In this document: piece after piece, positions 30,721 to 40,672 of the stretch
Layout: each line of letters opens with the position of its first letter
How positions within the stretch are numbered: the first letter of the stretch is position 1
DNA from: an uncultured bacterium
GTDB taxonomy: Bacteria; Acidobacteriota; HRBIN11; JAKEFK01
Direction of reading: 5' to 3'
DNA: 64,000 bases
NCBI GenBank assembly: GCA_963777505.1
Contig: CAVZQN010000007.1
Location: 1-64,000, forward strand
Program-made: the position numbers and the translations under genes
Notes under the pieces: generated by a model
What the model was told of the DNA's origin: nothing
The model's input: only the letters and a program-made list of their open reading frames with translations
The model's database searches: none

Positions 30721-32160
30721 TGGCCACTTCAGCGAAAGTTGTAATTCTCGGCGCCGGACCCGGTGGACTTGCAGCCGGACATCGTCTTTGTGCAAACGGA
30801 ATCAAACCCATCGTTCTTGAAAAATTGCATTATGTGGCAGGGCTTTGCCATACGATCCATCGTGATAATTTTCGATTTGATATCGGCGGTCATCGGTGGT
30901 TTACAAAAAATGATGAATTAAACCGCTGGTTTGTGGAGTCTAATGCGTGACGAGCTCGTCACCGTGGAGCGAATCAGCCGGATTTATTTTGATGGTAAGT
31001 ATTTCAGCTATCCAATAAGCATCAAAAATGTTCTGCGAAATGCAGGAGTCCTGACGAGTACACACGCAGTTATGAGTTATTTGATGGCACAGATAAAAGG
31101 TCTGATCGATGATGAAGCGCCACTAAATATGGAAGACGCTTATGTCAAACAGTTTGGCAAAAAATTGTACGAAATGTTTTTCAAAAACTACTCCGAAAAG
31201 GTTTGGGGTACCTCGTGCCGGGAGATTTCCGCCGACTGGGTTGAACAGCGCACAAAAGGGTTATCAATCTTTACAGCTCTTCGCGACGCATTGATCGGAT
31301 CCACAGGTAGAGTTGCAAGTCTCGTTGAACAATTTATGTATCCGCGTTTCGGATATGGAAGAATTTCGGAACGTATGGCTGAAGACATTATCGCTGCGGG
31401 CGGAAAAGTCTTGTTGAAACATAAAGTATTGTCTGTTGTTCATGAAAATTCGAAAGTAGTTGCTGTGCGATATGAAGATTCCGAAGGGATTCAGCATACG
31501 ATAGAGGCAGATTCCGTAGTATCCTCTATTCCTCTCACTTTGCTTGCTCGTAACATGACTCCCTCACCTTCTGATGAAGTGATATCTGCTACGAAAAAAC
31601 TTCGGTTCCGCGATCTAATTACAGTAAATGTTCTGTTGAACCGCGAGCAGGTAACAAAAGATACGTGGCTATATATTCACGATTCGCAAATTCCTTTTGC
31701 AAGGCTTCATGAACCTAAGAATTGGAGCCGCGATATGGCTCCCGCTGGTAAAACTTCAATCGTTGCAGAAGTATTTTGTTCGATCGGTGATGCAGTGTGG
31801 ACCCTATCGGACGAAGAGATCTGTCAACGCGTGATCCATCATCTCGCGCATACACTCGGGTTTATCCGTGAAGATGAAGTCCTTTCATCTTTTGCATTCC
31901 GCGCACCCCAGGCCTATCCAATTTATGATCTTGAATATCAAACGAACCTTCAATTGATTAAAGATTTTGTCAACGACATTGAAGGATTGCAAATCATCGG
32001 GCGTGGCGGAACATTTCGCTACAACAATTCAGACCATTCGATCGAAATGGGCTTGATGGCCGCAGAAAATTTGCTGGGTGCCTCGTATCGAATTGATTCT
32101 GTAAATGAAGCACAGGAATACCTGGAAGAAAAACGTCTAGACCCCGTATCACCGCGTTAA
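30717..32160 (+). CDS. FAD-dependent oxidoreductase (protoporphyrinogen oxidase/UDP-galactopyranose mutase-like); +1 frameshift near 30935
   Basis: ILGAGPGGL, FDIGGHRWF, YSEKVWG, AYPIY and GRGGTFRYNNSDHS across two overlapping ORFs. The start overlaps the GT2 stop. Confidence 0.85.
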
Positions 32161-32164
32161 ACCT

Positions 32165-32292
32165 TTTGTAGTAAGGCACGCAGCCGAGCGAATGCGAGGC
32201 AGTGCCGTGAGCTTCTAAAGTCTATGGTTTGATAATTTACGGCACTGCTTCGTCTGCCTTCGGCAGACTTCAGCTGCGTGCCTTACTACAAA
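32165..32292. repeat. 128-bp palindromic element with 20-bp terminal inverted repeats
   Basis: TTTGTAGTAAGGCACGCAGC / GCTGCGTGCCTTACTACAAA, inner GCAGTGCCGT / ACGGCACTGC. A half copy lies at 50076-50115. Confidence 0.8.
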
Positions 32293-32295
32293 TGG

Positions 32296-33507
32296 CTACT
32301 TCAGGTTATAAATCGTTGTATCAGGATTGTAGTTCTTCCAATCAAACCAATAATCTTTAAGGGTGTAAATCTTCTGCAATTTTTGTCCCGCAAGAGGACC
32401 AGACAAAGCCAATCCGGTAAAATCCCATCGTGAAGCCGTTTGTGAATCGGTCATTTGAAATTCATTTCCATCGACTTGAAAAAAATCCAGAACCTGTCCA
32501 TTGATTTTTCGATAAAATGCCCGGACCGATTTTCCATCTGAGTGCAGCACAACACTGATCGGCTCACCGCCAACTGAATCCAAAATTAATTTTTGCTTCT
32601 GTAGAATTTCAATCGGATATGCTTTCGCAGAGTTGTCCACTGTGAGACCAACGATCAAGGTTCTGGCAGTCACCCCATCTCCTGCTGGATTGATCACGAT
32701 AGGCATAGTCTTCATCCGTTCTTCCCAATCTACCTTCGCATAGTCCCCTGCCTTTACGATTTCAGGAACGGGGCGTAGTACGCGTCCGCTTTTGTTTTCC
32801 GCCTTCCATGTCGCGAATGTTAATTCATCATGGTCTATCAACTTTAGGCGCTTTCCTTTGAGGGGACCTTGAATTGCCTCACCCGAAACTTGCTGCCACC
32901 AGCTTTTTGTTTCACGGTCCTGCATTATGAAGTTTTGGTTATTAATTCCGAATAAATTGAAATGCAGAATCTTTCCGTCAACATCGGCTTCCCACACCAG
33001 ACCGGTGTGACAGAGCGTTCAATAGGTAGCCACTATGGGCTTTCCTCCAACTGTATCGTTTACAAGATGGTGGTAGGCAAGCAAGCGCACTGGATAAGCA
33101 ACTGCATCCCCGTTGATACTCATCGAAAGAACCATATCGCTACCAGTAGTAAACTCTTGTTCGGAAGCTCGGACATACGCAGCATCAGGCAACGGATTGA
33201 ACATCCACTCGAAATAATTCTGCTGAGCAAACCACGCAAACACTCCTGAGACCAGTACCACGAACACTGCAGCAATCTTTTTCCACCATCGATTTGTACG
33301 CTTCAGCAGGATTGCCAGAAAGACCACATTCGCAACAAAGAAGATTATCGTCAGAATGGGCGACCATCTGCGCAGGAGATACGAAAGCTCAACGCCGTCA
33401 GGTGTTTGTGCCTTGAAAGGTTGAATGATCCAGGCAGGCACAAAAATGGAAATGAAAGCAATCGTTGTGCATAAAACGATACCAACCCAGAGCGACTTTG
33501 TTTTCAT
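32296..33507 (-). CDS. DUF3179 domain selenoprotein (403 aa, Sec at codon 163)
   Basis: ORFs 33019..33507 and 32296..32997 are in frame and separated only by TGA. Read-through gives AYP..L.YHHLVNDTVGGKPIVATY-U-TLCHTG, matching the DUF3179 TYCxxC motif, followed by DRETKSWWQQVSGEAIQGPLKG. Confidence 0.88.
32993..33021 (-). promoter_or_regulatory. bacterial SECIS element
   Basis: UGA-ACGCUCUGU-CACACC-GGUCU-GGUGUG: a 6-7 bp stem with a G-initial apical loop 15-16 nt after the UGA. Confidence 0.75.
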
Positions 33508-33601
33508 CAGAAGAATTCTAACTAAGAACGAGGGCCTAAGCCAGGGACATCTTTCCTAAATCATTGATTCCTTGGGCATTATGATTAGAGTAAATGGAAA
33601 C

Positions 33602-34471
33602 ATGAAAATTACTGTTATTGTGGCTGCAAAGAATGCTTCATCGATGATCAAAGAGAGTCTTACTGCATGGAAAAATCAACTGCATAACACCGATGAAATC
33701 ATTGTCTCAAATGCTTCCGATGAATCCACAGCTGAAATTGTTCGCCGGGAATTTCCTTCAGCAATACTGCTCAACTTAGACAAAAATGCCTTGATTCCCG
33801 AACTTTGGGCTGCAGCTATTCCACAATCAACAGGCGAGCTTATAGCAATTACAATCGCAAATTGCGTGCCGCGCAGCACATGGATCAAACACGCGCGAAT
33901 CTTGATTGCCTCGGGACTTTCAGGTGCCGGTGGTGCAATCGAAAATCACAGACAGGCTTCTCTCGCTGATACCGCTGTTTATTTCTCCAGGTACTGGCGC
34001 TACCTTCCTCCCTTTATCGCAAAGGAGACAGATGATCTTCCCGCCGATAATGTCGTTTACAAAACATCAGATTTATTGAAGTATCGAATGCTATTCAAGG
34101 ATGGCTTTTGGGACCATGAAATCAATAAGCAAATGATCGAAGAAGGAATGCATCTCCTCATTACACCGAATCTTACTGCATCCCACAAATATGGAGCCGG
34201 TTTTTTTTCGTTCTTTGCAAACAGATTTCACCATGGCTTTCACTTCGGGCGCGCGCGTTGCGAAGAGTTTGGTATTCCCAAAAGAATTCTTTATGTCCTG
34301 GCTGCTCCTGTCATTCCATTCGTACTCTTGTACCGCATTTGGAACGCCACAAAGGTTGATACAAGACAAAGGCGGTCCCTGACGCGCGTTGTGCCGCTTC
34401 TTCTTCCTTTCTTAATTGCATGGAGTATCGGAGAAGTTTTCGGATATATAGCAGGTCCACTTCAAGCTTGA
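33602..34471 (+). CDS. GT2-like glycosyltransferase, degenerate DxD
   Basis: KITVIVAAKN, GELIAITIANCVP at the DxD position, C-terminal TM helices ending IGEVFGY. Confidence 0.7.
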   Translation: MKITVIVAAKNASSMIKESLTAWKNQLHNTDEIIVSNASDESTAEIVRREFPSAILLNLDKNALIPELWAAAIPQSTGELIAITIANCVPRSTWIKHARILIASGLSGAGGAIENHRQASLADTAVYFSRYWRYLPPFIAKETDDLPADNVVYKTSDLLKYRMLFKDGFWDHEINKQMIEEGMHLLITPNLTASHKYGAGFFSFFANRFHHGFHFGRARCEEFGIPKRILYVLAAPVIPFVLLYRIWNATKVDTRQRRSLTRVVPLLLPFLIAWSIGEVFGYIAGPLQA

Positions 34472-34519
34472 GTTAAGATGGAAGAAATCGGCAACTATTG
34501 AGTCTAATAATACGAAAGC

Positions 34520-35125
34520 ATGTTTAAGAAGCTTTTTGCTATCAAGAAGCTGTTTCCCGTTGAACCTGAACTCGATCCCGAGGAAATCAGCTTAATCCGT
34601 GCAGCTCAGCGTGGCGATCATGGTGCATTTCAGCAGTTGTATGAATCCTACCATCAGCGTTTTTATAACCTTGCCTACTACACGCTCAAGGACAAACAAC
34701 TGACTGAAGATACAGTGCAAACAATTTTTTTGAAGATCTATCGCGGGCTGCCTACCTATAGATTTGAATCAAGTTTCTTAACTTGGGCTTACAAAATTGC
34801 GATGAATGAAGCTAGAAATCAACTCAGGAACAAGAAAAATGATCTGCCGCTTGCAGTCCTTAACGGAAGCATTCATGAGATCCATGAAAAGGCGGGTCCG
34901 CATGAAGAGCACATGATTCAACAGCGTGAAGAGATTGTAAGACGCGCAGTCCTGGAACTCACGCCAAAGTTAAGAACTGTAATCGTTCTTAAATACGTAA
35001 ATGGATTGTCATATGACGAAATTGCATCCATTCTGAATTGTTCCCAGGGAACCGTAGCTTCACGATTAAATCGAGCTGTAGAAAAACTGGAGTCAATCCT
35101 GTCACCTTTCAGGAGTCTCCTGTAG
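34520..35125 (+). CDS. ECF sigma-70 factor
   Basis: GDHGAFQQL, EDTVQTIFLK, FLTWAYKIA and GLSYDEIA..GTVASRLNRA. Confidence 0.93.
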   Translation: MFKKLFAIKKLFPVEPELDPEEISLIRAAQRGDHGAFQQLYESYHQRFYNLAYYTLKDKQLTEDTVQTIFLKIYRGLPTYRFESSFLTWAYKIAMNEARNQLRNKKNDLPLAVLNGSIHEIHEKAGPHEEHMIQQREEIVRRAVLELTPKLRTVIVLKYVNGLSYDEIASILNCSQGTVASRLNRAVEKLESILSPFRSLL

Positions 35126-35135
35126 GAAGGTTTCT

Positions 35136-35798
35136 ATGAGATGTTTTCGGATCGGATATTCCAAAAAACTAATGCAGTATATTCATGACTCACTTTCTCC
35201 ACGTGAAACTCAAAATGTGGAGCAGCACGTTTCACAATGTAATTCCTGCAACACAAAGCTAAAACAATTAATGGAAGGAAATTCGCTTGCAAAGCTGATT
35301 CCTGTAATCCAAACACAACAAGATGGCTGGACAAAACTACAAGAGGCGATTTCAAACAATCAGGATGCCGTAAATTCAAAACCCTCTTCGATGGTTCTTC
35401 GAGCCAGTGTTGCTATTGTCTTTCTTTCCGTTGTGAGTTTCTTTTTATGGCGGGCTGCAGAAATGTCTTCTGACAAAATATCCGGACTTGAAGCCTATCG
35501 ATATCGCGAAGTTACAATTCGAAAAATGCCGGAAAATACGGAACCACATGTGGTTACCGAAGGTTACATCAGCGAAGTACGGGTTGATCATCACGACGGG
35601 GATCTTGTTTTTAAACTTGTTGAGAGTCTTGAGAGCCCTACTCCATTTGTGATTTGCGAAATTATTCCACCATTCCGCCTCGATAAGCCCGAGGTTGGCA
35701 ATAAAGTGCGGGTCTATGGTGTCAGCAGGTTTGATCCCAAAGAAAATCATCAATGGTATGAAGTCCATCCTGTTATGGGGATAGAAAAGGTCGAGTAA
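35136..35798 (+). CDS. zf-HC2 anti-sigma factor with TM and a C-terminal OB-fold-like domain
   Basis: HVSQCNSC (HxxxCxxC), single TM, then VTEGYISEVRVDHHDGD..CEIIP..VRVYG..WYEVHPV. Confidence 0.8.
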   Translation: MRCFRIGYSKKLMQYIHDSLSPRETQNVEQHVSQCNSCNTKLKQLMEGNSLAKLIPVIQTQQDGWTKLQEAISNNQDAVNSKPSSMVLRASVAIVFLSVVSFFLWRAAEMSSDKISGLEAYRYREVTIRKMPENTEPHVVTEGYISEVRVDHHDGDLVFKLVESLESPTPFVICEIIPPFRLDKPEVGNKVRVYGVSRFDPKENHQWYEVHPVMGIEKVE

Positions 35799-35841
35799 TT
35801 ATTCAGCTCTTAAAATAAATGTTCAAGGGGTAAATGAGACT

Positions 35842-38024
35842 ATGAGACGTTTCTTTATGATTTTGATTGCTGCGTTCTTTTCAACCGTAGCAAATGCAGA
35901 AGAGATTGAAGTAGTAGGAAATGTAAAACGAAGTGGGGGAATACCAATTTCGAATGCCACAATCTCAATCGAGCAGGCGGAGATTACAACTGAAACTGAC
36001 GCAGGATGGAAATTTTTCTTTGAGATTGCCAAGCGGAACTTACACGATTGTCGTAGAAGCGGCAGGCTACGAAGTACTCGGACAAAGCTTTACTACAAAC
36101 GATTCACAAAGCATGCAGCTGGAATTTTCGCTTATGCCAAAATATTTGGCCTTTGAGGAAATTGTTGTAGGAAAAGAAGCTTCCGAAAGTGCTGTCTCAG
36201 TTTCTTCACCAACCACAGTCGTAGATCCTGAACGTCAAAAAAGATCAAGTTCAGTTCTGAGCGCCGTAACGAGTGTCGCAGGAGTCGCACCACTCGGACA
36301 AGGTGGATTATTTCAGGTTCCAAGTATTCGTGGAGCAGCACGAGAAAGAACGATCCTGATGCTTGAATCAGTACGCGTTACATCAGAACGAAGAACCGGG
36401 CCAAGTTTTTCTTTTGTTGATCCGCTCATGCTTGATCGTATTACTGTTACGCGCGGACCAGCTCCTGTTCTTTATGGCTCGAATGGTGAGACCGGTCTGA
36501 TTCAATCTACTCTGTTAGAGCCAAATTCAATCTCTTCTGACATAGCTTTTCAAACCGGCTATCTCAGCAATATTAACGAAAACTGGCAAGCACTTTCATT
36601 TAAAGACGGATCCGAAAGCTTCCAGTATTCGCTAGGCGTTGCTCGAAGAGAAGCTGATACTTTTGAATCAGGCGATGGTCAAGAATTCTCATCAGGTTAT
36701 ACGCGTGTTAATTTACTGGCAAAAGGCCGATGGTTTTCAGATGCCGGAACATTAACATTCCTCGTTCTTCCATCCTGGACTGACGATATTGAAAAAGCCA
36801 GCAGCGACGCAGTTACGAGACCGACTCTCTATCCCGAAGAAAGACATCAGGTTTATTCAATCGATTGGCAAAACCGACTGCTGCAGGGTTTGTACAGTTA
36901 TCAGGTTCAAGGCTGGTACCATCCCAATTCATTGATTACACAAGATTCACAGCTTGCAGAGGATGGAGCTTTGACATCACGAAACCTCGTTTTTAACGAC
37001 ACAGATGATTATGGAATCCGGTTCCGTTTTGGCCGAACGTTTGCAGAAACGTGGACGCTTTGGACAGGAGTCGATCATTTTGGACGTACAAACGTGAACG
37101 CAAGCCAGGAATCCTTTGCCCCTAACGAAACAGGAAATTTAGAGCTTGTAAATGCTTTCGATTCGATTCAAAACGGAAGTTATTCTGATACAGGATTATT
37201 TTTTACCGGCAATGGAAATCTTGGAAAACTGATTACAAACTACGGTGTACGCTTCCAACGTACAGCCACTGAAAATCATGTAGCCCAGGAAATTTCAGAT
37301 TCAGAAAATAATTGGAGTGGAAATTTCGGAGCGAGCTTTCCATTTACTGAAAATTGGGATGCGATTTTTAACGTTGGTCGCGGAATTCGTCCTGCCACAA
37401 TCAGTGAGTTGTTTTTTACGGGTGAAACAGGACGCGGCAGCATCACAGGCAATCCAAATCTTGTGACTGAATCCAATTTCGAAGTGGATGGTGGTATCCG
37501 TTATCACCGCGCCAATGCGTTCGGCGGCCTCTATGTATTCCACAACGATATTGACGATTTTATCGCGCGTGTGCGTATCGCGGACGGAAGCTTTACTTAT
37601 TTCAATTTACCCGAAGTCAAAATCTATGGAATCGAAGGAGAAGGCCATTATCGTTGGGATGCTTTGCGATTCTATGGAAACTTTCATTCAATCGTAGGCC
37701 ACGATGGTCTTGATGTGGACGTTAATGATATTCCGCCTTCAAGACTCGTTGGCGGAATTGAATATGGAACTTTCGGAAGTCGATGGAATGCTTCAATGGA
37801 AGTTGTTCGACAATTCGAAAAATCAGATCCTGGTCCAGACGAATTACTAAGAGAAGCCGCTTGGGTTCTCAATGCATCAGCAGAAGTTGGATTGCTTGCA
37901 AAACCTGAGAATCCGTGTCTCCGGTTTGAATCTAACCAATGAAACATATTTCGACAGCGCCGACAATCGTGCGCCACTTGCGTGGGGCCGCAGTCTTGGC
38001 GCGGAGCTTCTGGTAGATTTCTAA
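35842..38024 (+). CDS. TonB-dependent receptor; +1 frameshifts near 36004 and 37895
   Basis: Signal peptide, carboxypeptidase-regulatory-like domain (TD.DGNFSL), plug SIRG..RITVTRGPAPVLYG, GNPNL. The shifted C-terminus reads NLTNETYFD..GRSLGAELLVDF* with a terminal Phe. Confidence 0.88.
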
Positions 38025-38068
38025 ACCAAAGGTCTCATAACCCTATCAAGTATCGTTCCTGGCGGTCT

Positions 38069-38842
38069 TCACGGGCCGCCAGGAAATTTTATATCAAGTG
38101 GAACCCCGCGGTAAACTGTGACCCCAGAACCATCCGCTGCAAACGTCGACAATGGTTCACATAAAAGATACTTGCCGAAAACAGAACCGTATAGTGCGTT
38201 CACATCACATTCAAACGAAAACTTTGCCGCTTTCCAAACTCTCCAATGTGGATGTTCTACCTTATACTCAATTGAAGTGCCATCCGATTGCTTCGTGTAA
38301 CCCCAATAATGCTGTGTAATAAATTCTTCAAGCGAGTTATTTGACGGAAAATCCGGAATGCCATCTACCTGAGCACTTAGATGACACCACTTATTTTCAA
38401 ATTTCCATTCATAGGAAAAACTTCCTGCCTGGTTTTGACACGGCGTTACAATATTGCTTCTTGTAGGCATTGAGATGTATGGTTCCTCATAAAGCCCACG
38501 CGCAACTAACGCAATTGCAGGCTTTGGAACAATCTCGCGAATGAAGACGACTCCACGCCTTATTTCATTTTGGTGCTGTCGACGAACATAAAAACGTAAA
38601 TTAATTTCTTCAAAATTTCGATGCAGCGGAATCGGAATGCCATAAACTTTTGTATTCAGAAATTGGAAAGCGACGATACTCACATACGTTGTGCCTTGAA
38701 AACTATCCAGCACAGTTCCTACCGGCACATATTGCTTTAATACTTCAGGATCAATTGCGAAATTTGCCATAACGAGATTTTCCCATTCAGCTTTCAGAAA
38801 TTTACCAGGGGCTTTCATTTCTGTTAACCTCATGAGTGGCAA
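38069..38842 (-). CDS. DUF2071 (YqjF-like) protein
   Basis: AEWENL, FEEINLRFYV, RGVVFI, EFITQHYWGY and VEHPHW. Confidence 0.85.
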   Translation of the reverse strand: MPLMRLTEMKAPGKFLKAEWENLVMANFAIDPEVLKQYVPVGTVLDSFQGTTYVSIVAFQFLNTKVYGIPIPLHRNFEEINLRFYVRRQHQNEIRRGVVFIREIVPKPAIALVARGLYEEPYISMPTRSNIVTPCQNQAGSFSYEWKFENKWCHLSAQVDGIPDFPSNNSLEEFITQHYWGYTKQSDGTSIEYKVEHPHWRVWKAAKFSFECDVNALYGSVFGKYLLCEPLSTFAADGSGVTVYRGVPLDIKFPGGP

Positions 38843-38944
38843 GCTTCATTGTCAATTATTCTCTGACATGAAATCTGCGAACCCCACTACAGCATGAGTT
38901 TGTAGTTTACTTAGCTTTAAACAAATCACCAAGGAGGTGGCAGA

Positions 38945-39097
38945 ATGATAACAATCCTGATAGTTGTTTTAGTATTGCTGCTTGTTGGCGCACTCCCCAA
39001 TTGGGGTCACAGCAGAAGCTGGGGATATGGGCCTAGCGGCGTTCTGGGATTGATCGTTGTGGTGTTACTAATTCTATTTCTGATGGGGAGAATATAA
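38945..39097 (+). CDS. DUF3309 family small membrane protein (50 aa; absent from the ORF track)
   Basis: AAGGAGG RBS. Translation: MITILIVVLVLLLVGALPNWGHSRSWGYGPSGVLGLIVVVLLILFLMGRI. Confidence 0.9.
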   Translation: MITILIVVLVLLLVGALPNWGHSRSWGYGPSGVLGLIVVVLLILFLMGRI

Positions 39098-39138
39098 GGA
39101 CACTCACGATAGAGTTTCTATCTATTCAATCATCTTGC

Positions 39139-39168
39139 AGGGCGGCTTGTGAAGCCGCCTTTTCTTTT
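39139..39168 (+). terminator. intrinsic terminator
   Basis: AGGGCGGCTT-GTG-AAGCCGCCTT followed by TTCTTTT. Confidence 0.8.
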
Positions 39169-39171
39169 AAA

Positions 39172-39576
39172 CTATTGGACTTCGCTAAAAGTTCCCTTTT
39201 CTAGAGTACATCGTCTCTTCGAACCTGAATTGTAAGTAATAAACGCGGAAACTGTAGACTTTGAGAAATCCAGTATCTGGCTCACTGTGATTCCTGACTT
39301 TTCAAGCCAGTTAATAAAGTAAATGTCAGGTGCGATCTCTAACGACTGAATTTTTTCGACGCCTTTTTCCCCTTTTGCTGGACCGGAGAGCGCTTCCCAT
39401 TGAAGTTCTGTGGACGTCTTATAGTCACCACTAATTTCTAAACCATTCTCATAATGCAATAAAATCTTTTTACCTTCGAATCTCATCTTTCTCTCCTGTG
39501 CCTGTGGGATGGTTAGACTTGAGCTGCATACCGACCAAAACACAATTAAAAATAGGGCGCGCTTCAAAAAAAACAT
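39172..39576 (-). CDS. MoaF N-terminal/phenolic acid decarboxylase-like small beta-barrel protein
   Basis: YENG..LQW..GP.KG..IAPDIYFINWLEKSG.TVSQILDF. Confidence 0.6.
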   Translation of the reverse strand: MFFLKRALFLIVFWSVCSSSLTIPQAQERKMRFEGKKILLHYENGLEISGDYKTSTELQWEALSGPAKGEKGVEKIQSLEIAPDIYFINWLEKSGITVSQILDFSKSTVSAFITYNSGSKRRCTLEKGTFSEVQ

Positions 39577-39630
39577 TAACCCTCCTGACAGATCATAAAA
39601 ATGAAAGAATAATTATTCCTCATTTCCAAG

Positions 39631-39676
39631 GTCAATATCATTGACTTTAATCAATTAATTGATTGCTTTTAGTCAA
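39631..39676. promoter_or_regulatory. candidate operator of the MarR-GNAT gene
   Basis: Dyads TTGAC-TTTA-ATCAA (39641-39654) and TTGCT-TTTA-GTCAA (39663-39676) flank the perfect palindrome AATCAATTAATTGATT. Confidence 0.55.
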
Positions 39677-39714
39677 CTAATAGTGATATAGTCGTAAACG
39701 CAAGGTAGAGTCAC

Positions 39715-40644
39715 ATGCCTGAAACCCGCATTGATGCACGGATCGAATACATACGCCACTTTAATCGATTTTACACCCAGAAGATCGGGGTTTTGCAAGA
39801 AGGTCTTCTGAAAAGCCCTTTTTCCCTAACCCAGCTTCGTGTTTTGTATGAGCTGGCCTATCGTGAACACATTTCGGCGGCAGAACTCTGTCAGGATTTG
39901 AACCTGGATGCGGGCTATCTGAGCAGGATCCTTACTGACTTTGAAAATCGTGGCTTCATTGAACGAAAACAATCAAAGGAAGACGGTAGACAAAACACAC
40001 TTGAGCTCACAAAAAAAGGGCATGATGCTTTTGAACCATTAAACACCCGCTCCCATGAGGAAATTGGCGAACTACTTTCGACCCTCTCAGTCGCCGATCA
40101 AATAAAGATGGTTGATGCAATGAAAGCAATTGAAACGATGCTTGAGACTAAGCCTGAAAAGAAACCCGCTTACATTTTGCGTCCACACCAACCAGGAGAT
40201 ATGGGTTGGGTCGTTTATCGGCATGGAGTGTTGTACTCGCAAGAGTATGGATGGGATGAACAATTTGAAGCGTTAGTTGCAACAATTGTCGCAAATTTTT
40301 TGAAACGCTTTGATGCAAAACGCGAACGCTGCTGGATTGCAGAAAAAGATGGAGAAATTGTGGGTTCTGTTTTTCTGGTAAAACGTTCGAAAAATATAGC
40401 ACAGCTTCGGATGCTTTACGTAGAACCTTCCGCACGAGGTTTGGGTATTGGTGGACGCCTTGTGAGCGAATGTGTACGTTTCGCCAAACAGTCGGGATAT
40501 AAAAAAATAGTCCTATGGACGAATAACATTTTGCACGCGGCAAGAAAGATTTACGAAGCACAAGGATTTCAAATCACAAAGAAAGAGCCAGAACATGCTT
40601 TTGGCCATGATATGGTTTTTGAAACCTGGGAACTGGAGCTCTGA
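39715..40644 (+). CDS. MarR HTH-GNAT acetyltransferase fusion
   Basis: IRHFNRFYT, LDAGYLSRIL, DGR, PGDMGWV, LYVEPSARGLGIG and LWTN. Confidence 0.93.
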   Translation: MPETRIDARIEYIRHFNRFYTQKIGVLQEGLLKSPFSLTQLRVLYELAYREHISAAELCQDLNLDAGYLSRILTDFENRGFIERKQSKEDGRQNTLELTKKGHDAFEPLNTRSHEEIGELLSTLSVADQIKMVDAMKAIETMLETKPEKKPAYILRPHQPGDMGWVVYRHGVLYSQEYGWDEQFEALVATIVANFLKRFDAKRERCWIAEKDGEIVGSVFLVKRSKNIAQLRMLYVEPSARGLGIGGRLVSECVRFAKQSGYKKIVLWTNNILHAARKIYEAQGFQITKKEPEHAFGHDMVFETWELEL

Positions 40645-40672
40645 TGTGTGATACGAGATGCTGGATGCGGGA

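Noticed and set aside
16560-37900. Programmed frameshifting or phase variation
   Set aside because: The runs are only 2-5 nt, with no consistent slippery heptamer or stimulator, and the genes are unrelated. Sequencing error is simpler.
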